DNA from: Deltaproteobacteria bacterium
GTDB taxonomy: Bacteria > Bdellovibrionota_C > UBA2361 > SZUA-149 > JAITKM01
Length of the DNA: 64,000 bases
Reading direction: 5' to 3'
NCBI GenBank assembly: GCA_031278395.1
Contig: JAITKM010000007.1
Span: 222,818-286,817, forward strand
Shown: positions 57,629-64,000 of the stretch, in pieces
Layout: the number at the start of each line of letters is the position of its first letter
Position numbering within the stretch: position 1 is the stretch's first letter
Program-made: the position numbers and the translations under genes
The notes under the pieces: generated by a model
What the model saw: only the letters and a program-made list of their open reading frames with translations
What the model was told of the DNA's origin: nothing
Databases searched by the model: none

Positions 57629-58357
57629 ATGCTAAACAATAAAAATAAAAACAGAAGACAGAATAATAGTAGAGAATATAATCGTAGTGCCAGACGTGAG
57701 AGGTTGACTAAGAGTTTAAATATTCTACGTGAACGAGTTCATTTAATTGAACTAGAACTTGAAGAATACACGAATGATTTTTTTAGGGTCTGCATTTTTG
57801 GTAGTGCCAGAATTAAGCCAGACGATAAAATGTATAAGCAAGTTTTTCAGCTTGCGTTTTCGCTTGGTGAGTTGGGGATTGATGTGTTAACTGGTGGTGG
57901 ACCTGGCATGATGGCGGCAGCCAATAAGGGGATTATTGAAGGTCGTCAGGAATTTAATACCCATAGTAGGTCAATTGGTATTTCAGTGGATTTAAATAAT
58001 TTTGAACCATTAAATTCGTATTTAGATATTAAACATCATCATAAAAAATTTTCTTCTAGGTTGGATGATTTTATGCGACTTTCCAATGCTGTAGTGATTA
58101 CAGCTGGCGGGATTGGGACTCTCTTAGAAATTTATTATACTTGGCAGTTATTGCAGTTAAAATTAATTTCATCGCGTCCCTTTATTTTTTGGGGTTCAGA
58201 AATGTGGGGCGATTTGATTGACTGGATGAAAAAGAGGCAACTAGCAAACGGTTTAGTTAGTGGGAGTGATTTCAGTTTTATTCATATTGTTGATACAGCC
58301 GAAGAGGTAGTTCAGATTATCAAAGAGCATTACGATAAATTTAAAGCCAAACATTAA
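57629..58357 (+). CDS. LOG-family (TIGR00730) Rossmann-fold nucleotide-binding protein with basic N-terminal extension
   Basis: GGGPGMMAAANKG and ITAGGIGTLLEI motifs. ~50-aa N/R/K-rich N-terminus. Confidence 0.75.
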   Translation: MLNNKNKNRRQNNSREYNRSARRERLTKSLNILRERVHLIELELEEYTNDFFRVCIFGSARIKPDDKMYKQVFQLAFSLGELGIDVLTGGGPGMMAAANKGIIEGRQEFNTHSRSIGISVDLNNFEPLNSYLDIKHHHKKFSSRLDDFMRLSNAVVITAGGIGTLLEIYYTWQLLQLKLISSRPFIFWGSEMWGDLIDWMKKRQLANGLVSGSDFSFIHIVDTAEEVVQIIKEHYDKFKAKH

Positions 58358-58379
58358 TCATTTCTTTTTTGAAAGGACA

Positions 58380-58412
58380 GTAGCACAGGCAATACTGCCT
58401 GTGTATCAAAAC
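58380..58412. repeat. REP-like palindrome copy 4 (GTAGCACAGGCAATACTGCCTGTGTATCAAAAC), followed by a second GC hairpin
   Basis: Near-identical to copy 3. A second hairpin GTCGGCGAAGCCGAC follows immediately. Confidence 0.6.
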
Positions 58413-58486
58413 AGCGAGGCGTCGGCGAAGCCGACACGGGGGGGATTATGCCTTTGCTACTGTTTGGTATAATCGTTTGTTTGAGT

Positions 58487-59281
58487 TCACTTAGCAAAAT
58501 TAATAAATGGGACGCTGTTACCCAACATATATTGCGGCAAGATACCATTCCATTTTTGAACAGCTTCGTATTGAACTAGGCTAGCATTTTGCGTAAGTGC
58601 ATTAGCTCTAATACGCATGGATTCTGCTTCGGCTTGTGCGGAAATAATTTTTTGATTAGCCTCTTCTTTTATTCGCAAAGTATTGTTTTGAGATTCAATT
58701 GCCCTTTGAGTTGCGACAACTTTTGCTTCAATTGCCTTTTCAAAAACCTCACTATAGTCAATATTCGTGATTGATACAGCTTCTAAAATTATAGGATAGC
58801 CAACAAAACTTTGCGTTAAGATCTCCTTAATATCCGCCGCGCCTTTATCACGATTGGCAATTAACTCAACCGCATCCCACTTACCAAGAGCAGCTTTAGT
58901 CGAGTCTTGCACTCTTTGCATGATAATCTTTCTAAACCAGTCCTGCCCATATTTTTCATATGTTTCAACAATTTTTGACTCCTCCAGATGAACATTGATG
59001 GCAATTTTAATTTCCGCTTGTTGAACATCCTTAGTATAAACATTAGTTACTTCTTCGTGTTTGATAAGCTTAATATCGAAAACTTTAATCTCTTGAATTA
59101 CTGGAATAAACAAAACCAGCCCAGGCTTAAGCATTTCTTGAGAAGCTCTACCAAAAGTTAGTTTCACCCCACGCTCACCTTCGTCAATTGTAGTAAATGG
59201 TTTTAAAAACAACAATGCTAGCAAAATAAATGCTACAACAAATAATTTTTTTTCAAGGTTCAAGTCCACCATTTTCGCCAT
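58487..59281 (-). CDS. SPFH/band-7 (prohibitin/HflC-like) membrane protein
   Basis: N-terminal TM anchor, SPFH domain pattern and a C-terminal coiled coil. Confidence 0.8.
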   Translation of the reverse strand: MAKMVDLNLEKKLFVVAFILLALLFLKPFTTIDEGERGVKLTFGRASQEMLKPGLVLFIPVIQEIKVFDIKLIKHEEVTNVYTKDVQQAEIKIAINVHLEESKIVETYEKYGQDWFRKIIMQRVQDSTKAALGKWDAVELIANRDKGAADIKEILTQSFVGYPIILEAVSITNIDYSEVFEKAIEAKVVATQRAIESQNNTLRIKEEANQKIISAQAEAESMRIRANALTQNASLVQYEAVQKWNGILPQYMLGNSVPFINFAK

Positions 59282-59308
59282 TTCTTTGTCCTCCTAAATT
59301 TTAAATAC

Positions 59309-59875
59309 CTACTGTAATATGTATGTTGTTAAATAATATAAATCATCGCTTTTGTTACGGGCTTTACCACAAACTACCTGAGCAGTTAGGCTATAACCAT
59401 TAGCTTCTGTTTGGAGAATATGGTATTCATACTGCGGACTACAGTCTCCAGAACAACGTTTATATAAATCTTTACCTTCCTGACCATTACCCTGTGAAAA
59501 ATCTGAAATCCAATCCAGCAAAGCGCTGTTGTTGTAAAAAGTTTTATTAGTATAGCTCAGCGGGGTTTTAGATGTTTCTGTGAAACGAGTAGCGCAGGAA
59601 ACGCCGGCAGCATCTGTTTTGCCTTCTAAAAAAGTCGTTGGGATAGAAGTGAAAATAATAGTTGCTTTTTCCTGACCAACTTTTGCAAGAGCTTCTGTCA
59701 GTAGTTGGTTGGATTTGAATTTAATAGAATTTTCACTATTCCAGAGATTGCTTGTAATACTAGCTGTTGCTGTAACTTGATTAAGTTTAGTTTTCTTTAA
59801 AGTTTGAGCCGTTGTGATATTTAACGCCAAACAGGTAATGAAAGTGAGAATAATTAATTTAAAGATGTTTTGCAT
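59309..59875 (-). CDS. Secreted hypothetical protein
   Basis: Signal peptide (LTFITCLALNITTAQT). Four Cys. Downstream of and co-oriented with the LRR protein. Confidence 0.45.
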   Translation of the reverse strand: MQNIFKLIILTFITCLALNITTAQTLKKTKLNQVTATASITSNLWNSENSIKFKSNQLLTEALAKVGQEKATIIFTSIPTTFLEGKTDAAGVSCATRFTETSKTPLSYTNKTFYNNSALLDWISDFSQGNGQEGKDLYKRCSGDCSPQYEYHILQTEANGYSLTAQVVCGKARNKSDDLYYLTTYILQ

Positions 59876-60092
59876 ATATAATAGGGGTGTTTTTATGATA
59901 TTAGATATTTTTAGTCTCAGATTGTTATTTTACTCCACACTTTGAGCCTTGATTACATATAATTAATTCAGCCAGTTAGATGTTCTTAAAAAAATCTTTA
60001 TCCTTTTATATACATTTTGTCAGGGAAGCAACTGTTGTTTGCGGTGTTACCAAATATCGAATAATGGCAATTCTAATAGTTCTGGATTTTTT

Positions 60093-60203
60093 TGGTATGG
60101 GGTTACTTTGATATTTAGATATCTAAAAAAATAACAAATAAATTAAGTATATTATAGTATTTAATACACTGAAAATATAAGAAATAAAGTAACCCTGTAC
60201 CAG
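60093..60203. repeat. MITE/BIME-like palindromic element, full copy E, overlapping the 3' end of the LRR gene
   Basis: Arms TGGTATGGGGTTACTTT and AAAGTAACCCTGTACCAG. The last ~28 codons of the LRR ORF are read from this element. Confidence 0.8.
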
Positions 60204-63200
60204 TGGGAATATGATGAATATGACCGCCAACGTATTCCGGGAGCTGCAATCCTTTTGCTGAGGTAAGCTTATTAAGATAAATATCTTTGCCAACGTATTC
60301 CGGGAGCTGCAATCCTTTTACTGAGGTAAGATTCCTAAGATAAAGATTTCCGCCGACGTGTTTCGGGAGCTGTAATCCTTCGGCTGAGGTAAGATAATCA
60401 AGATAAAGATCTCCGCCGACGTATTCCGTGAGTTGCAATCCTTCGGCTGAGGTAAGATTACTAAGAACAAGATTTTTACTAACGTATTCCGGGAGTTTTA
60501 TTCCTTTGGCTGAGGTAAGCCTACTAAGAAAAAGATCTCCGTCGACGTGTTTCGGGAGCTGCAATCCTTCGGCTGAGGTAAGATTATCAAGATAAAGAGC
60601 TCCGCTGACGTGTTTCGGGAGCTGCAATCCTTTTGCTGAGGTAAGATTACCAAGATAAAGAATTCCGCCGAAGTGTTTCGGGAGCTGTAATCCTTCGGCT
60701 GAGGTAAGACTAGTAAGATCAAGATATCCGCCAACGTATTCCGGGAGCTGCAATCCTTCGGCTGAGGTAAGATTATTAAGATTAAGACCTCCGCCGACGT
60801 GTTTCGGGAGCTGCAATCCTTTGGCTGAGGTAAGATCATCAAGAAAAAGATTTCCACTAACGTATTCCGGGAGTTTTATTCCTTTGGCTGAGGTAAGATT
60901 CCTAAGATCAATATGTCCGTAATAAATCTTAGCTCCCTTAAATATTTTATTAAATGATTTCACAGTGAATTTTTGTTCATTAATATCCTCATCTAAACGT
61001 ACCTCCTCTGGTTTACAATTGAAAATTTGACTCAAATCTTGTTTTTTATTTCGATTTTCAAGAAGTTCTTTAATTCTTGGATCGTTACTATAGCCAAATC
61101 CTTCAATTCTTCCGTCAATTTCGTAGAGGAATCTTAAATCTTCTACAGTCAACTCCTCTCCTGTTTTTGCACGATTATCTATGTCTGTAAGCCGCTGCAT
61201 GTCGGCGCTCCTTTTCCTGAAAACATCGGCTTCTCTGCCAAACTCTGCAAGTTTTTTATTAAGAGTTTCTTGCATTACAGGCTCAATATTCTGACTTGGC
61301 AAGATGCCACGAATTTCGCCAATTTTATTCTTGTTCATACGAATAGCTAAACGAGGTTGAACAAATTTACCTTGCTCATCTTTTGAGTAATAAACATAAA
61401 AATCACCACCTTGAATTTGAGTATTAGCTGTGCTTTGACCAGCTGTACACCAGCCGGTTCCCCTACCTTGTAAGGATTTCCAGAGCTCTTTGGCGTGCGA
61501 CATGTTGCCTTGCGAGAATTTTCTCCATTCGCCTTCAATGCTTAAGTTATTTTCTTGAGCAGCTAAGGACTTCTGAATTAATTCGGCATACAGCTTAGGA
61601 AAATTTTTTTCAAAATCTATGATAGCTTGCGGATTTTTATTACCTTTGGCGATTCCCTCGTAGATATCATAAATTTGCGCCAGCGCTTCGCGGTTGATAT
61701 CCGGAAACGGCGCTACTGTGTTTTTAGTGCGTTTCTTAAATTTTCCTTGCTTTTTGTCAAATTGCGAAAGACTGATAAGTTGATTCCAAGCGTAAAACTT
61801 AAACCACGCTGGATATACAGCATCGCTGGAAGCAAGATAGTCAATGATATTATCAAGCGATTTCTTCTGGTCGTTGATAACGGTTTCTATCATTCTTTTC
61901 CTTGTTTCGGGAGTAATTTCAATTGTTCCATGCCCTTGCTCACGAGCAATTTTCTTTTGGAGTTCAATTTCGGATTCCGGGTAATTTTCAGGTTTTAACA
62001 GAAGTTGGTCGTAAATTTTATCTCGGTATACTTTTCTAAAAGTTTTTCTATCGAGAAAAATATTTTCTAATCGATTAATATATGTATCAATTTTTGGCCC
62101 GGGTTCGTTTGGAACATTTTTACCTGTAACTAGTTTTTTACTTTTAACAGCTTTTTTAACCGGAGCTGAGTTATGTAGTTTGGGGTCCTTCAAATGAATA
62201 GGATGTTTGTTGTTACCGCGCTTTTCAGCTTTGATATTAGGTAAGGCTTGTTCAATGTGGTAATTATCGGAAGTTTGGTGTGAAGCAACCGAGCTTACGA
62301 TATCGTTTCCTATGGCCTTTAAAGGAGTTTCTATTACTTCCACTTTAATCCCGAAATTATTCGCTTTGATAAAATCAGCAAATTCTCTCGCTTCTTTAAC
62401 CTTATTTTCACTGCACAACTGCGCTAACTTTCGCACCACCGCATCGTTGACTTGCGGGTTATCTAAATTCAGCTCTAATTTTTTATTTTTTGCAGATTGA
62501 AGCAACTTAGCCACATTCTCTAAATTACCTTTTTCAATCGATTGGCTTACGCCTTTATAAAACGACTCGGTATTTTCCTGCTTGCTTAATATTCCATATC
62601 CCTTCGCTGCATTGATAACTGCTGCATCCAAATTACCATCAGCTACAGCAGCACTAATTTTACTTGCTATATTCTTCTTAACCTGCACCTGCACTAGCTT
62701 GCCACCAACGTGTAACATTACCAGCAACGTCGCTGTCTGTGCCAGTGCATCACCTTTTTGTCCCTCAGAGGCCGCAATCCCACTCTCGGAGACCAGCACT
62801 ACATTACCTAAACTTCCTAAAACTCCTACCGCACCTCCTGTTAAAAACGATCGACCAACCTCGTTAAAATTTACTCCCGTGCCATACCGCACGTCTGACC
62901 CAACTTGACTAACAAGATTGCTTGATGCAAAAGCCGAAGCTGTCGAAAGACCACCAATGCCTCTTGTACTCAGTTGTCTCACAATTGATTGCTGTATCTC
63001 AGGCGAAAAATTAGCTTTAGATAATGTCACTGCAAGCATTTCCGGACCCTGACTGGCTAGCCATTTGGTATTGCAAAGCACACTTACTCCGTTAGCTACT
63101 TTGAAAAAAGTAGCATTAGCTAAACCTTCCACGGCATTGTCTGCTATAGACTTTGACAAGTCAAAATTACCTGCCACTCCGCCTCCTTGAACTGCCGCAT

Positions 63201-64000
63201 CTGTCAAATCAATAGCAAGCCCTGCTGCACCACTAACGCCAGCTGTTGCTCCAAACACTATCGTGCCCCCTGCTACTGTTCCTCCAGTTACACCCAATGA
63301 CGGAAGAAGATACACTTGCCCAGTAGCAGTGATCGCTATTGCCGCCGTCATCGTTCCAACAAACTTGATAGAGCTTGCCCACATTTCTTGCGAACACACA
63401 TAGCTGTCAAGGTATTTGTTACTTTGGCTAAACTCTTCGCTAAGGCGGGCATACTTATGAGTGTCGCGATTTAATATTCCGTCCATTTCAAGATAGCGAT
63501 CAAACAATACGTCTTCACCGCGAATTGCTTTATACCGCGCATTAAACTCAGCGTCGGATAAACTAGGAGCGGCTTTTGCTAACTCAGTAATGGATTGCTG
63601 GACACGCACTTGTTCTTCCAGCAAAGTTTGGGCTGATAACGGCAGAGTTTTGAACCACGAGGCATCACGATAATCTTTTGCATTAGCAGAGCCGTTGGTT
63701 AGTATATACATAGCTGCGTCGGAAAGAATTAAATTGCCTTCGGTCTTTAATTTTTCTGCTAGTCCGCCTAACCAGCCTTGCTTTTCCCACGCGTCGGATA
63801 TTAGTTGTGAACGTCCCTGATTAATATAAGTCAGACGCCGAATATCTCTTTCACGGGTTGTACGTAGCGCTTCTGCTAACGCTTCAGGAGAAAGCAAAAT
63901 TTGCTGTGTTGAGGAAGAGGTCGGCTCGACAGATGCTTGTAAAGCTTCCAACGCTTTGGCGTCAAAAAATTCTAACACAGAATATTTATTCCGTAGTTGC
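60115..64000 (-). CDS. Very large secreted/surface leucine-rich-repeat protein (bacterial 20-residue LRR type), 5' end beyond the window
   Basis: About 12 tandem 20-aa repeats NLTSAEGLQLPKHVGGxLYLD (LxxLxLPxxV type) at the C-terminus. Upstream there is a Gly-zipper-like hydrophobic region (GVTGGTVAGGTIVFGATAGVSGAAGLAIDL) and long alpha-helical regions. The frame is open to the window edge. Confidence 0.8.
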   Translation of the reverse strand, partial: QLRNKYSVLEFFDAKALEALQASVEPTSSSTQQILLSPEALAEALRTTRERDIRRLTYINQGRSQLISDAWEKQGWLGGLAEKLKTEGNLILSDAAMYILTNGSANAKDYRDASWFKTLPLSAQTLLEEQVRVQQSITELAKAAPSLSDAEFNARYKAIRGEDVLFDRYLEMDGILNRDTHKYARLSEEFSQSNKYLDSYVCSQEMWASSIKFVGTMTAAIAITATGQVYLLPSLGVTGGTVAGGTIVFGATAGVSGAAGLAIDLTDAAVQGGGVAGNFDLSKSIADNAVEGLANATFFKVANGVSVLCNTKWLASQGPEMLAVTLSKANFSPEIQQSIVRQLSTRGIGGLSTASAFASSNLVSQVGSDVRYGTGVNFNEVGRSFLTGGAVGVLGSLGNVVLVSESGIAASEGQKGDALAQTATLLVMLHVGGKLVQVQVKKNIASKISAAVADGNLDAAVINAAKGYGILSKQENTESFYKGVSQSIEKGNLENVAKLLQSAKNKKLELNLDNPQVNDAVVRKLAQLCSENKVKEAREFADFIKANNFGIKVEVIETPLKAIGNDIVSSVASHQTSDNYHIEQALPNIKAEKRGNNKHPIHLKDPKLHNSAPVKKAVKSKKLVTGKNVPNEPGPKIDTYINRLENIFLDRKTFRKVYRDKIYDQLLLKPENYPESEIELQKKIAREQGHGTIEITPETRKRMIETVINDQKKSLDNIIDYLASSDAVYPAWFKFYAWNQLISLSQFDKKQGKFKKRTKNTVAPFPDINREALAQIYDIYEGIAKGNKNPQAIIDFEKNFPKLYAELIQKSLAAQENNLSIEGEWRKFSQGNMSHAKELWKSLQGRGTGWCTAGQSTANTQIQGGDFYVYYSKDEQGKFVQPRLAIRMNKNKIGEIRGILPSQNIEPVMQETLNKKLAEFGREADVFRKRSADMQRLTDIDNRAKTGEELTVEDLRFLYEIDGRIEGFGYSNDPRIKELLENRNKKQDLSQIFNCKPEEVRLDEDINEQKFTVKSFNKIFKGAKIYYGHIDLRNLTSAKGIKLPEYVSGNLFLDDLTSAKGLQLPKHVGGGLNLNNLTSAEGLQLPEYVGGYLDLTSLTSAEGLQLPKHFGGILYLGNLTSAKGLQLPKHVSGALYLDNLTSAEGLQLPKHVDGDLFLSRLTSAKGIKLPEYVSKNLVLSNLTSAEGLQLTEYVGGDLYLDYLTSAEGLQLPKHVGGNLYLRNLTSVKGLQLPEYVGKDIYLNKLTSAKGLQLPEYVGGHIHHIPTGTGLLYFLYFQCIKYYNILNLFVIFLDI
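60215..60900. repeat. Tandem ~60-bp DNA repeats (≈12 units) encoding the LRR units
   Basis: Unit ...CCGACGTGTTTCGGGAGCTGCAATCCTTCGGCTGAGGTAAGATT... repeated with >85% identity. Generates a spurious 119-aa ORF in another frame (60498-60857). Confidence 0.85.

Noticed and set aside
60498-60857. 119-aa ORF with repeated ILPQPKDCSSRNTSAE units
   Set aside because: It is an out-of-frame reading of the same strand within the LRR tandem-repeat DNA. The periodicity comes from the DNA repeats. It is fully nested in a much longer, motif-rich ORF.
1-64000. CRISPR arrays, rRNA genes, prophage/integrase, restriction-modification or toxin-antitoxin modules
   Set aside because: No regularly spaced direct repeats with unique spacers. 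No rRNA-like conserved stretches. No integrase/recombinase, capsid/terminase-like, methyltransferase or small TA-pair ORFs were seen. The only mobile-element protein is the HUH transposase.

Overview
Low-GC (~33-35%) bacterial chromosomal window. The ORF caller uses TTG/GTG alternative starts.

Gene content, left to right:
- Housekeeping genes: ctpA-like S41 protease, tlyA, fabD, dapF, prfA, a dus-family tRNA-dihydrouridine synthase, glk, ftsK, rarA, and opgG-opgH glucan synthesis genes.
- A TolC/HlyD/ABC-ATPase efflux cluster.
- A complete flagellar export/rotor operon, flgB-flgC-fliE-fliF-fliG-fliH-fliI-fliJ, preceded by a good sigma-54 promoter.
- A FliK-like protein, a sigma-54 enhancer-binding response regulator, CheX, an MCP, a hybrid histidine kinase, and a tRNA-Gly(CCC).
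- An accessory-looking right-hand part containing a serpin, a HUH/Y1 (IS200/RAYT-like) transposase, a split Ski2-like helicase, and a >1280-aa bacterial-type LRR protein running off the window.

Most notable sequence-level observations:
1. A family of ~110-130 bp MITE/BIME-like elements with 18-bp terminal inverted repeats (CTGGTATGGGGTTACTTT ... AAAGTAACCCCATACCAG). There are three full copies plus partial copies, and partial copies flank the RAYT-like gene on both sides, giving a REPtron-like layout.
2. A second short GTAG-initiated palindrome family (GTAGCACAGGCAATCCTGCCTGTG) at four gene 3' ends.
3. A ~28-35 nt motif (consensus roughly T-A-A-AGGTTCC-YTGAAT-TATT-R-GAGATACCC) immediately upstream of at least eight start codons, including both internal genes of an uncharacterised four-gene membrane operon and the second half of the split helicase.
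4. A diverged duplicate of an internal dus-gene fragment placed after one repeat element, supplying the start codon of the next ABC ATPase gene.
5. A repeat element that encodes the C-terminus of the LRR protein.

No CRISPR array, rRNA or prophage was seen. All functional calls are from motif-level reading of the translations, without database searches.
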